A stretch of DNA of 64,000 nucleotides, taken from Deltaproteobacteria bacterium. Its GTDB lineage: Bacteria > Desulfobacterota > GWC2-55-46 > JAJCZF01. Both the position numbers and the translations under genes were made by a program. The stretch is from the NCBI GenBank assembly GCA_029262535.1, contig JAJCZF010000082.1:31270-95269 (forward strand), read 5' to 3'. The notes under the pieces were generated by a model, which saw only the letters and a program-made list of their open reading frames with translations, made no database searches and was not told the DNA's origin. Positions 52,562 through 62,231 of the stretch are shown here, in pieces (within the stretch, counting starts at the first letter, position 1; the number at the start of each line of letters is the position of its first letter).

Positions 52562-54700
52562 TCAGGCGTTAAGCCCCCTCGGACTATTAACGTAACCTTG
52601 TGCGTCAGTTACGACCGAGTCAGCTTTTTGTTGAGCCCGTTCCTCTGAGGTCTTAAACATCGATACGGCGGCCTGGAGGCTCGAAGCAAGCTCGGCCATT
52701 TCTGTGCTTGCCTGCACTATCTGCTGAGAACCGGTATTGGTATCCTTTGTGATACGGGCCACAGACTCAATGTCGCCGCTTATCTGATCTGCCGCAGTGG
52801 ATTGTTCTTCCGAGGCAGTGGCTATCTGCTCGATAACGCCGGTAACCATCTCTACCTGGTCCATGATCTCGCGTAGGGCAGTGCCGGCCTCTTCGGCGTA
52901 ACCCACGCCCTCTTCTACGACCTGAACCTCTTTATCCATCGTGTGAATGGCTTTATCGGTCTCTTCCTGTATGGCCGTAATCATCTCGCCGATCTCCTTG
53001 GTGGCGCTGGAGGTACGTTCGGCAAGCTTTCTCACCTCGTCGGCGACAACGGCGAACCCTCGGCCCTGTTCACCGGCGCGGGCCGCTTCGATTGCGGCGT
53101 TTAACGCAAGCAGGTTGGTCTGGTCGGCTATGTCGTCGATGACCTTGATTATCTTTCCTATCTCCTGAGAACGAGAACCAAGTGTTGCGATAACGTCGCT
53201 CGACTCCCTGGCCGTCTCGGCTATTCCGTTCATCGATTCGATCGTCTTTGTGACGATGTCGCCGCCGCGATTGGCGGCTTCGTTGGCGTTCTTGGCGGCC
53301 TCGGCCGCGCCAGAGGCATTCTTTGCGACCTCTACGATAGTTGCGTTCATCTCCTGAGAGGCGGTGGCAACATGGTCGGCCCTCGACGACTGCTCCTCGG
53401 TGCCGTTGGCTATCTGCGTGGCAGAGGCGCTGAGCTCCTCGGATGCGGAAGCGAGATGGTCCGAGCTTGAGGCGATATCACGCGTAATATCATGGAACTT
53501 GTGGACCATCTTATTGAAAGCTGAGGCCATAGAACCGGCCTCGTCCTGGCTGTCAAGATTGACGCTCTTGGTAAGGTCTCCACTCTGTTCTATATATGTC
53601 ATTACTTCGTTCAGGTTATACATGGGCGAGGTGATCTTGTACTTTACGATGATGAAGGAGATTATAGCCAGCACGACGGTCAGGAAAAGGAAGAATATGG
53701 CAAGCCCCATATTAAAGGCAGCGGAGGACTGGGCCTCATCTATCTCTTCTTTTACGACAGTACTAATCGCTGTCGAGACCTTAAGTATAGAGTTGATGCC
53801 CTCTGTGGCGTTACGTACCCACTCGCCGGCGCTCATCGGGTAGTCGCCTGTTTCCATCTCGGCATAGACAGATTGGCGCACCGACTCGAAGCTGCCTTCG
53901 AATACCTCGCTCACCTTGCCAAGCGTCACCAGAATACGCTCGTCGGTATCGGCATCATGCTCAAGCGTATGAATCCTGGCGAGATTAAGCTCGACGATGG
54001 CCCTTGCGGCCTTTAGCTTCTCTGAAACATCGGCCTTAACCGGCTTTCCCGAGCCTATGGTTCCGCCTATCATGGCGCGTTCGCGTCCGGCATATTCACT
54101 GGCGAGCCATACGGAGTTCTTGATCTCCGCATTCATCCTGAGCGGTCCGTGCAGCGACTCTGTATTACCGGGAGATGAAAGAGCATCGGTTCTCATGTCC
54201 GCACCGATTGCGATAAGGTCGCTAAGAACGGCGATAACCTCCGACGGGGTCATATCCTTAACTCTCTTTCCAAGCTCCGAGTCGGCCCTGTTTCTCATCT
54301 TCTCGAGCGATTTGTGCGCATCTTGATACTCGTCGATGGCCTCGATGAAGACCTCGTTAGAGGGGTCGAAGAGCGCAAGCTTCCTTGCCGTTCTTATGGC
54401 ATTCTTGAAGGCCTCGTCACCCTTTGCCCTTAAGCCGCCTATCTTGGACTTAAGCTCGGAGGTCGCCTTCTTATTTGAAGCCATGGCCGATGCGGTAACG
54501 CCTCTTTCAACCGCCTCCTGGCTGGCGGCCAACAGTACAAAATCAACAAGCTCGTTGGCCATCCCCATTCGTTTGGCCTCGTGGTTCCTGGCCGACTGGT
54601 CACGGACATTAGTTATCGATAGATATAAGAGCACGATAATCAATATACCCACAACAAAGGTCAGGGAGCTTTTGATAGTAATTTTCTTGAAAAAATTCAT
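52562..54700 (-). CDS. methyl-accepting chemotaxis protein with large periplasmic sensor (NIT-like), HAMP and MA domains
   Basis: Two TM segments flank a sensor of about 300 aa containing the repeated helices [15 protein letters not shown] and [15 protein letters not shown], which resemble the NIT domain. The signalling hairpin [40 protein letters not shown] is highly conserved. GGAGG SD lies 8 nt upstream. Confidence 0.9.
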   Translation of the reverse strand: MNFFKKITIKSSLTFVVGILIIVLLYLSITNVRDQSARNHEAKRMGMANELVDFVLLAASQEAVERGVTASAMASNKKATSELKSKIGGLRAKGDEAFKNAIRTARKLALFDPSNEVFIEAIDEYQDAHKSLEKMRNRADSELGKRVKDMTPSEVIAVLSDLIAIGADMRTDALSSPGNTESLHGPLRMNAEIKNSVWLASEYAGRERAMIGGTIGSGKPVKADVSEKLKAARAIVELNLARIHTLEHDADTDERILVTLGKVSEVFEGSFESVRQSVYAEMETGDYPMSAGEWVRNATEGINSILKVSTAISTVVKEEIDEAQSSAAFNMGLAIFFLFLTVVLAIISFIIVKYKITSPMYNLNEVMTYIEQSGDLTKSVNLDSQDEAGSMASAFNKMVHKFHDITRDIASSSDHLASASEELSASATQIANGTEEQSSRADHVATASQEMNATIVEVAKNASGAAEAAKNANEAANRGGDIVTKTIESMNGIAETARESSDVIATLGSRSQEIGKIIKVIDDIADQTNLLALNAAIEAARAGEQGRGFAVVADEVRKLAERTSSATKEIGEMITAIQEETDKAIHTMDKEVQVVEEGVGYAEEAGTALREIMDQVEMVTGVIEQIATASEEQSTAADQISGDIESVARITKDTNTGSQQIVQASTEMAELASSLQAAVSMFKTSEERAQQKADSVVTDAQGYVNSPRGLNA

Positions 54701-55024
54701 AGTACCTACCTCCAGATGGCTTACAACCAGACAGGTGCAAATCGCTGAGTTTTGATGAAATCCAATAACGTTAAAAATGGCGGCCCTGGATACGCTAAAT
54801 GCCCTAAGAGCAAGCCATTGTTAATCTTTTTCTATAAGACCAATTTAATCCTAATTATCTTTTATGTCAAGTCGTTTTTGTATATTAAAAGATATTTGTC
54901 TCCACATTCAGACATTCTATTAGGATACGCCGGTCCTGTCAATAAATATGTGGAGAAAAGAGGAGTAGAATTAATGCAAATGCTATAATTCGTAAAAAAG
55001 AGCAGCTATAAGAGCGAGGAGAGG

Positions 55025-55801
55025 CTACTTACCCCTGACGACCGGCTCTACAAGCTCCCCTTGCCTGTTTAGGATTACGATATCTACCCTGCGATTCTTC
55101 GCCCTGCCCTGCGGCGTGTCGTTAGTTGCAAAGGGGCGGTGTTCGGCAAATCCGGTAGCGCTCATCTTTACCGGGTCGAATCCATGTCTATCTACAAGGT
55201 ACTCCAACATCGAGAGCGCCCTCTTGGAAGAAAGCTCCCAGTTGGAAGCGAACTCATCGCTTGAAATAGGGATATTGTCGGTATGACCTTCTATCTTGAT
55301 CTGGTTATCCATATCCTTGAGCGACTCTGCGATATCGTCGAGAATAGCGTTTGAACTCGGCAATATATTTGCGCTGCCGGAACCGAAGACGACCTTATCG
55401 GCAAGGCTTATAACCACTCCTCGGTCTTCGATACTGACATCTATCATCTTTTCGGACTCCAGAGAGCTCAGGCCTGCATGTACGCGCCGGTAGTCCTCTG
55501 TGAAGACTTTCTTAAAAGCCTTTGTCTTAAAACTCTGGTCAGGGGCGTTCCTCAGAAAGGAATCCTGAACGATGAAGTCGGGCTGCTTGGTATAATCCTT
55601 TTGGAATGCCGTAGATAGAGAGCCGCTCATCTCCCTGAACTTAGACTCGGAGACCGACGACATGGCGTACATTACGGTGAAAAAAGCAAAGAGAAGAGTT
55701 ATGAAATCGGCATACGAGATCACCCAGCGATTCTCATCCGTGGTGCTTCTGAGCCTCTTTCTTCTGGACTTCTTCATGGCTGAACTATTTTGTCTTTCCA
55801 T
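55025..55801 (-). CDS. motB: flagellar stator protein MotB (OmpA-like C-terminus)
   Basis: RWVISYADFITLLFAFFTVMYAMS contains the plug/TM segment with the conserved Asp. The C-terminal OmpA-like region is GHTDNIPI...NWELSSKRA...NRRVDIVI. Confidence 0.9.
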   Translation of the reverse strand: MERQNSSAMKKSRRKRLRSTTDENRWVISYADFITLLFAFFTVMYAMSSVSESKFREMSGSLSTAFQKDYTKQPDFIVQDSFLRNAPDQSFKTKAFKKVFTEDYRRVHAGLSSLESEKMIDVSIEDRGVVISLADKVVFGSGSANILPSSNAILDDIAESLKDMDNQIKIEGHTDNIPISSDEFASNWELSSKRALSMLEYLVDRHGFDPVKMSATGFAEHRPFATNDTPQGRAKNRRVDIVILNRQGELVEPVVRGK

Positions 55802-56546
55802 CGGCCTTCACCAAAAAACCATTAAGCCTCTCTTGAATGAGGCGCGGACTCTCACCTGAAGCGAGCGAGAGCATACCCTCCAGTATCAATTCCTTTCTTA
55901 TTGCCTCGTCCCTGGCGCGCTGCCTGATCTTGCCGGCAAAGGGCAACCAGAAGAGGTTTGCCGACGCCACGCCATAGACAGTAGCGACAAAGGCTACTGC
56001 TATGCCCTGCCCGAGGTTCGACGGGTCTGCGAGATTCTCCATGACCTGTATAAGGCCTAAGACAGCGCCAAGTATGCCAAGTGTCGGAGCATATCCTCCG
56101 GCAGACTCGAATACGCGAGATGCCGTAAGCCTACGCTCATCGTCATAGTCTATCTCTATTTCCAGTATTGATTTAAGTTCTTCGAGGCCGGAACCGTCGA
56201 CAACTAGCTGAAGCGCCTTATTAAAGAAGGGATCGGCGATATGTTTGGCCTTGTTCTCAAGAGAAAGCAGGCCGTGCCTGTGAGCATGTCTGGCAAAACC
56301 GGTAATATCGGTGATTAACTCTTGAAGATTGTCTTTCGGGCTTACAAATGTCGACCCGACAAGGGCTACGGATCTAATAACCGTACCTATGGAGTATTGC
56401 ACGAAGAGAGCTGCAAAGGTGCCGCCAAAGACGATAAGCACCGCAGTGGGCTGAAATATGGCCTCAAGAGAGCCGCCCTCCAATACCTGGCCGCCTACGA
56501 CGACGGCCAAACCCAAAATAAGACCTATAACTGTAAGAATATCCAA
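55785..56546 (-). CDS. motA: flagellar stator protein MotA
   Basis: 253 aa, 4 TM segments, MotA/TolQ/ExbB C-terminal half YAPTLGILGAVLGLIQVM...AFVATVYGVASANLFWLPFAGKI. Confidence 0.9.
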   Translation of the reverse strand: MDILTVIGLILGLAVVVGGQVLEGGSLEAIFQPTAVLIVFGGTFAALFVQYSIGTVIRSVALVGSTFVSPKDNLQELITDITGFARHAHRHGLLSLENKAKHIADPFFNKALQLVVDGSGLEELKSILEIEIDYDDERRLTASRVFESAGGYAPTLGILGAVLGLIQVMENLADPSNLGQGIAVAFVATVYGVASANLFWLPFAGKIRQRARDEAIRKELILEGMLSLASGESPRLIQERLNGFLVKADGKTK

Positions 56547-56547
56547 G

Positions 56548-57612
56548 TTAAACCATATTTATTATCTCGCCAGCCAGCTGGTCGAGGCTAGCTATCTTGT
56601 CTTGTAAATTTGCGTCCACCACGGCCTTAGGCATGCCGTAGACCACGCAACTCGCCTCGTCTTGTACTAATGTTTTACCGCCTGTATTTTTGATATCTTT
56701 CATGCCGATAGCGCCGTCCGAACCCATGCCGGTCATAATAACACCAAGGGCGCGGCTCGGATAACACTCGGCTACGGTCTTAAAAGTAACGTCAACGCAC
56801 GGCTTGTAGAGGGCCTCTTCAGGTTTGTTTTCGAGAAGAATCTTGACCTCCAGGGCGCCCCTCTTTACGAGCTTCATCTGAGTCCCGCCAGGAGCGATAA
56901 GCACTGTGCCGTTTTTAAGGATGTCGCCGTCCCTGGCCTCTTTAACCGTGAGCTTACAGAGCTGATTAAGGCGCTCGGCATAGGGACCGGTAAAGTTCCT
57001 GGGCATATGTTGCACAACTATAAAAGTGACAGGCAGATCGGCGGGCATCCTCTTAAGCACATCCTGAACCGCCTTGGGCCCTCCGGTGGAGGCTCCTATG
57101 GCGACAATGGCGACATGCCTGGATGAGAACTTCGCGCCACTGACCGTGCCGATAGTACGGTCGATTATCTTAACCGGCCTTGCGGTAGCGCCCTTCTGAA
57201 CAACGCGCTTTCTGGCGACGGCCTTGATCTTGCCGGTCACCATCTTTTGTATCTTAAAAATATTAAATGAAAAATCATCGAGATGTTTCGGTATAAAGTC
57301 GAGAGCGCCTAGCTCAAAGGCCTCGAAGGTCGCCTTTGCGCCGTCAACGGTCAACGACGAGAGCATCAGTACCGGCGTCGGGCACTCTTCCATTATATGC
57401 TTCAGGGCCGTAATGCCGTCCATGACAGGCATCTCGACATCCATGGTAACGACATCGGGTTTTAGCCTTTTACACTTTTCAACGGCCTCTCGTCCGTCTC
57501 TCGCTACGTCGATAACGGTAAGCGCCGGATCGTCATCTATCATGCCGCGTATGGCGCGGCGCATGAAGGATGAATCGTCTACAACCAGAACCTTGATCTT
57601 GTCAAATGCCAT
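56548..57612 (-). CDS. cheB: chemotaxis methylesterase/deamidase CheB (REC + CheB_methylest)
   Basis: REC KVLVVDDSSFMRR...DVVTMDVEMPVMDG. Esterase IGASTGGPKA, VVQHMP, GMGSDG. Confidence 0.9.
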   Translation of the reverse strand: MAFDKIKVLVVDDSSFMRRAIRGMIDDDPALTVIDVARDGREAVEKCKRLKPDVVTMDVEMPVMDGITALKHIMEECPTPVLMLSSLTVDGAKATFEAFELGALDFIPKHLDDFSFNIFKIQKMVTGKIKAVARKRVVQKGATARPVKIIDRTIGTVSGAKFSSRHVAIVAIGASTGGPKAVQDVLKRMPADLPVTFIVVQHMPRNFTGPYAERLNQLCKLTVKEARDGDILKNGTVLIAPGGTQMKLVKRGALEVKILLENKPEEALYKPCVDVTFKTVAECYPSRALGVIMTGMGSDGAIGMKDIKNTGGKTLVQDEASCVVYGMPKAVVDANLQDKIASLDQLAGEIINMV

Positions 57613-57617
57613 TTAAA

Positions 57618-59717
57618 CTATACACCTATTCCGGATACCTTACTCACAAGGCCTACTACATCTACTATAAGAACAACGCGACCGTCTCCTGTAATGGTTG
57701 CGCCGGATATACCTTTGATATTGGACAGGTAGTTACCCATCGACTTAATAACGACCTCTTCCTGTCCGATCAGGCGTTCGACAAGCAGACCGAAGGTTTT
57801 ATCTCCGTGTGACATAAGCACTGCGTAAGAATATGACTTTTCATCCTCACCGCCTTCCTCAGGAGCGTCTTCTTCACCCTCGCCTAAATCGTCATGTGGC
57901 GCGTTTTGAGGGGAAAACTCTTCAGTCTCTTGCGAATAGTCCGCCGCCTCGTCCTCTGTCCCGGCCTCGGCTCCGGCAGTGACGGCGCCAGGAGCGTCGC
58001 GGCCAAAGATCTCGTCGTCTGCCTTATATGTGTCTACAGTTTCCACAACATCGGAGAGACGAAGCAAAGGATAGACCTTATCTCTAAAATATAGCGCCTC
58101 TTGCCCCTCGATAGTGGTGATTTCGTCCTCTGAAATCTTCAGGATCTCAACGACCGAGGAGAGCGGCACCGCATACTCTTCTTTATCGAAACCGATCATC
58201 AACGCGTGAATGATAGCGAGCGTCAGAGGCAGCTGAAGTGTCATCTTACTGCCCTTGCCAATCCCGGATTCTATATCTATACTACCGTTAAGCTTGTTAA
58301 TATTGGTCTTTACGACATCCATGCCTACGCCACGCCCCGACGTATCGGTAATGACCGAGGCTGTAGAAAAGCCGGGAGCAAAGATGAGGTTAAAGGCCTC
58401 TGAATCGCTCATCTTATCGGCCTCGTCGAGCGTAATAAGATTCTTTTCAATGGCCTTTAACCTGAGTGACTCGGCATTGAGACCCTTGCCGTCGTCCTCA
58501 ATACATACATGTATATTATTACCCTTATGAAAGGCCGAAAGCGTTACAGTGCCCTTCTTGTCCTTGCCCGCCTTTGCACGGACATCCGGCATCTCAATAC
58601 CGTGATCAACGGCATTTCGCACCATATGGACCAGCGGGTCGCCGATCTCTTCGATGACGGTCTTATCAAGCTCCGTCTCCTGGCCGACAAGCAGAAGTTG
58701 TACCTCTTTGCCCTTGTCACGCGCCAGGTCCCTGACCATCCTCGGAAAGCGACCGAATACCTTGGCGACGGGTTGCATGCGTGTCTTCATGACGGCAAGC
58801 TGCAGGTCGGTAGTTATAAGATTTATATGTGCCGAGTTCTCGGCAAGGGCCTCAACAACTTCGTCGCCTTCGTATTTATCCTCAAGGCGTGACGAAAGGC
58901 GCAGCAACCTGTTACGTCCGAGGACCAACTCTCCAACCATATTCATTACACTGTCGAGACGCTCGGTATCGACACGTATCGTCTCTGTCTCTTCTCTGGC
59001 TGGTCGTTTCGAAGGCGCTGGCTTTGCAGCAGCGGCAGGCTTAGCCTGCGCGGGCGAGGGCGGCTCAGGAGCGGATGGAGCCATTGCTTCGGCTATGAGC
59101 CTGTCTTCATCTGAGATCTCTTCTAAATCCTCTTCGATTTCTTCTTCAGGGGCGTCTGCTTCTTCAGGCGCCGGTGGCTCTTCAACCACGACTGGCTCTT
59201 CTTCGACAGGCGCGGCAGGCTCTTCTATTATTGGAGGGGCTTCTTCAACAGGCGGAGCTTCTTCGGGCGGAGCCGCCTCTTCAGGCGACCCTGCAGAGGC
59301 AGTATCTTCAGCAGTGGTTTTCTCCGCCTCTCTCAAGCGCGCCAGTATCTCGGAGGTATCCTCGGACAGGCCGTCGTCCGCGCGGATGTGCTCGATAAGC
59401 AGTTTTAACATGTCGGCCGCCGCAAGCAGGGCGTCCATGCGTAAAGAGGTAACTACCAGTTCGTGGTTACGAAGCTTATCGAGAAGCTCTTCGCCCTTGT
59501 GGGCGACATCGACGACTACCGTAAGGCCCAGAAATCCTGATGCGCCCTTGATTGTATGAACAGAGCGGAAGATGGAATTGAGAATTTCGGTATTCTCGGG
59601 GTCCTCTTCAAGCTCAATGAGCTGCTGGTCTATGCTTTCAAGAAGTTCAGTTGTCTCCACAAGAAAATCGTGAAGAATCTCCTGCATCTCCTCGCTGCCG
59701 AACATATCATCCATCAA
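57618..59717 (-). CDS. cheA: chemotaxis histidine kinase CheA (P1, P/E-rich linker, P3, P4, P5 with acidic insertion)
   Basis: P1 FRSVHTIKGASGFLG, P3 IRVDTERLDSVMNMVGELV, P4 HMVRNAVDHGIE ... DDGKGL ... SGRGVGMDVV, and a CheW-like P5 at the C-terminus. Confidence 0.95.
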   Translation of the reverse strand: MMDDMFGSEEMQEILHDFLVETTELLESIDQQLIELEEDPENTEILNSIFRSVHTIKGASGFLGLTVVVDVAHKGEELLDKLRNHELVVTSLRMDALLAAADMLKLLIEHIRADDGLSEDTSEILARLREAEKTTAEDTASAGSPEEAAPPEEAPPVEEAPPIIEEPAAPVEEEPVVVEEPPAPEEADAPEEEIEEDLEEISDEDRLIAEAMAPSAPEPPSPAQAKPAAAAKPAPSKRPAREETETIRVDTERLDSVMNMVGELVLGRNRLLRLSSRLEDKYEGDEVVEALAENSAHINLITTDLQLAVMKTRMQPVAKVFGRFPRMVRDLARDKGKEVQLLLVGQETELDKTVIEEIGDPLVHMVRNAVDHGIEMPDVRAKAGKDKKGTVTLSAFHKGNNIHVCIEDDGKGLNAESLRLKAIEKNLITLDEADKMSDSEAFNLIFAPGFSTASVITDTSGRGVGMDVVKTNINKLNGSIDIESGIGKGSKMTLQLPLTLAIIHALMIGFDKEEYAVPLSSVVEILKISEDEITTIEGQEALYFRDKVYPLLRLSDVVETVDTYKADDEIFGRDAPGAVTAGAEAGTEDEAADYSQETEEFSPQNAPHDDLGEGEEDAPEEGGEDEKSYSYAVLMSHGDKTFGLLVERLIGQEEVVIKSMGNYLSNIKGISGATITGDGRVVLIVDVVGLVSKVSGIGV

Positions 59718-59732
59718 ACAAAACCTCCGCCT

Positions 59733-60386
59733 TTACAGACCGAACTCTTTAAGTATATCGTCCACCATAGTCTGTTCAATCGGGCCGCTCGTCTCCTTGA
59801 GGGCGCTGAGCATCTCGTCCTGCTTTTCCGTCTTATCCGGGTTGGTGTATCCGAGGACCACCAATATCTGAAGTATCTTCGTCTCGACCTCGTTTATCAG
59901 GTCGTTAACCTTCATTATCTTCTGTCCGGCGAGATCCTGGAAGGAAAGTGCCGTAAAGAACTCCATCAATTCGCTCTTGGACTGCGAGTTTATCTTCGCA
60001 AGTTCCTCAACTACGCCCTTTGCGTCGCCGTTACCACCGTCAACCAGCCCACCGAGTTTCGCAATAAGTTCACTTGAACGGTCGTTGTCTGTTATGCCCT
60101 TTTCCGTAAGTTCGAAGAGACGGTCGGCGGCGTCGGAGAGTGTTTTGTTAATATCCCCAAGATGGCCAAAAGCGCTCGGATTCTCATCGCTTCCCTCGGT
60201 GAGGTTGGGCGTAACATCGTCTATGAGGCTCTTTCTTATGTCCTCAATCGAATGGGCGACATCGGCAAGCGCGCCCGAGAGACTCTTGCTAAGCACGGTA
60301 AAGTTCTCATCGGAGCCTATATCGCCTTCGGCGATAGTCTTTGTTATATCTGATAATTTATCAAGAATCGATTCTTGCTCGGACAT
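59733..60386 (-). CDS. cheZ: CheY-P phosphatase CheZ
   Basis: Catalytic block SFQDLAGQKI (compare QDLTGQ of E. coli CheZ) and C-terminal CheY-binding peptide MVDDILKEFGL. Confidence 0.75.
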   Translation of the reverse strand: MSEQESILDKLSDITKTIAEGDIGSDENFTVLSKSLSGALADVAHSIEDIRKSLIDDVTPNLTEGSDENPSAFGHLGDINKTLSDAADRLFELTEKGITDNDRSSELIAKLGGLVDGGNGDAKGVVEELAKINSQSKSELMEFFTALSFQDLAGQKIMKVNDLINEVETKILQILVVLGYTNPDKTEKQDEMLSALKETSGPIEQTMVDDILKEFGL

Positions 60387-60495
60387 TGAATCCTCCCGTT
60401 ACCTAGTTGGACTACGAATTATTGAAAAGATATAAAGAAAAGATGAGCCTTTGAAAAAGCGCGGCCTCACAGTCGCAACCTACTCAATGCGCAAA

Positions 60496-60885
60496 TCAGG
60501 ACCCGAAAATCTTGTCTATTTTTTCTTTTAAGGTCGCCGACGTAAAAGGCTTAACAACATAGTTATTAACACCGGCCTGAAGGGCTTCGACGACATTCTC
60601 CTGCTTGGCCTCCGCCGTAACCATCAGGAACGGAGTCTCCTTCAGGTCGGCATCCCCACGAACGGCGCGAAGGAACTCGATGCCTGTCATGACCGGCATA
60701 TTCCAGTCACTTATGACAAAGTCGAACTTACCGGCCTTGAGCTTGGCAAAAGCGGCCTGCCCGTTCTCGGCCTCGTCGATATTTATAAAACCGATATCTT
60801 TTAAAAGGTTTTTTATAATACGTCTCATCGTTGAGAAATCATCGACGAGCAATATATGCATATCCGGATCCACACCCATGGGCAT
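60496..60885 (-). CDS. cheY: chemotaxis response regulator CheY
   Basis: ILLVDDFSTMRRIIKNLL...DFVISDWNMPVMTG...FLMVTAEAK...YVVKPF. The start is ambiguous: AGGAGG favours the second ATG at 60879. Confidence 0.9.
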   Translation of the reverse strand: MPMGVDPDMHILLVDDFSTMRRIIKNLLKDIGFINIDEAENGQAAFAKLKAGKFDFVISDWNMPVMTGIEFLRAVRGDADLKETPFLMVTAEAKQENVVEALQAGVNNYVVKPFTSATLKEKIDKIFGS

Positions 60886-60942
60886 TTCCTCCTTGAAGGT
60901 GATCTACGGGCCAGGTCGCCGGCCCCTGCAGAGTTTCTTAAT

Positions 60943-61305
60943 CTATACTAATTTCATAATCTGATATGAGAGCCACTTGCTCGTCACCGGTTTGCTCATA
61001 AATATATCAACACCCGCGTCCTTGCCCTTTTCTTCTTTCAGCGCGTCGGCTTCGGTCGTAATCATGATGATAGGAATATGCTTCAGGTCCGGGTTTTCCC
61101 TCATTGACTCTACCAGCTCGAAACCGTCCATCTGAGGCATATTTAGATCCGTCACCACAAGCGATATTTCGTTCTGCGCCAGTTTCTCAAGGGCATCGAG
61201 GCCGTTGATAGCGCCGACAGGACTATGGCCCGCACCCTTCACCATATAAGTTAGAATCTTGCGAGTCGTATCGCAGTCATCAACAATAAGTATATTTTTA
61301 CTCAT
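60943..61305 (-). CDS. single-domain response regulator (second CheY-like REC)
   Basis: NILIVDDCDTTRKIL...LVVTDLNMPQMDG...IIMITTEA...FMSKPV. Confidence 0.85.
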   Translation of the reverse strand: MSKNILIVDDCDTTRKILTYMVKGAGHSPVGAINGLDALEKLAQNEISLVVTDLNMPQMDGFELVESMRENPDLKHIPIIMITTEADALKEEKGKDAGVDIFMSKPVTSKWLSYQIMKLV

Positions 61306-61326
61306 TTTAAAAGGCCTCCTCCTCGA

Positions 61327-62163
61327 TTAAACCTTCTCATAAACTATACAACGATTAATACCCTTGGCCTTAAATGCCCTGGTCAGGTTTATCAGAGTCT
61401 CGGAAAAGCCGAGCACAAGTACTCCGTCCTTGGTCAGGGCATCATAAAAGTGACCCATGACCTTTCTCTTAGAATCGTCATCAAAATATATTATAACATT
61501 ACGACAGAAAATGATATCAATTTTTGAGGCATTTCTTGTCTCGTATGTATCAAAAAGATTGATGCTCATAAAGCGAACCATGCGCTTTACTTCGGGGTTG
61601 ACATGGTAGCCGTCATTCTGTTTTGTAAAAAATCTCTTCAGGGCGACAGGGTTGGTATTCCTGATGGCATAATCGCCGTAAACGCCTTTTCTCGCGCTCT
61701 GCAGGACCCGGTCGCTAATGTCGCTGGCAATGATCTCAATACGCCAGCCCTTCATGGGCAGGTTCTCATCCAGAAACATCATGGCAAGCGTATATGGCTC
61801 CTCGCCGGTGGAACAACCGGCGCTCCATACGCGAAGGGTTTTGTCTCTCGGGTTTTTAGATTTTAAGACCATCGGCAGAACACCGGTCCTGAAGGCCGTT
61901 AGCTGCACCATATCGCGGTAAAAGCTGGTCTCGTTCGTCGTTATGGAATTGTAGAGACTCTTTAACTCGTTACGGCGGTTCGGGTCGTACTTAAGGTAAT
62001 AGAGATACTCTTCGTAGGAGGACATATTCAGCTCGTCGAGCCTTTTGCTAAGCCTGTCCTCCAGGAGGTATATCTTATTCTCGGTAAAGGATATGCCGCA
62101 TTTTTCGTAGATGAAATCCTTCACCTGCCGAAAAATATCGGTTGCCATCTTATGTTTTGCCAT
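61327..62163 (-). CDS. cheR: chemotaxis protein methyltransferase CheR
   Basis: TTNETSFYRD, LRVWSAGCSTGEEPYTLAM, IFCRNVIIYFD. ATG 62163 has GGGG 5 nt upstream, while the track start at 62184 has no SD. Confidence 0.9.
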   Translation of the reverse strand: MAKHKMATDIFRQVKDFIYEKCGISFTENKIYLLEDRLSKRLDELNMSSYEEYLYYLKYDPNRRNELKSLYNSITTNETSFYRDMVQLTAFRTGVLPMVLKSKNPRDKTLRVWSAGCSTGEEPYTLAMMFLDENLPMKGWRIEIIASDISDRVLQSARKGVYGDYAIRNTNPVALKRFFTKQNDGYHVNPEVKRMVRFMSINLFDTYETRNASKIDIIFCRNVIIYFDDDSKRKVMGHFYDALTKDGVLVLGFSETLINLTRAFKAKGINRCIVYEKV

Positions 62164-62231
62164 AAAAACCCCGATGATAATCATAACGGGCGTCTATAAT
62201 AAAAACGCCCTGACCAAGTTGAAAAAAGAGA

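Noticed and set aside
58654-59559. 301-aa Ser/Ala-rich plus-strand ORF (and neighbours 58829-59044 and 59174-59398)
   Set aside because: It is antisense to the P/E-rich linker of cheA. GAA/GAG/CCN repeats on one strand automatically give an open TTC/CTC/NGG frame on the other. It has no start context, and cheA is unambiguous.
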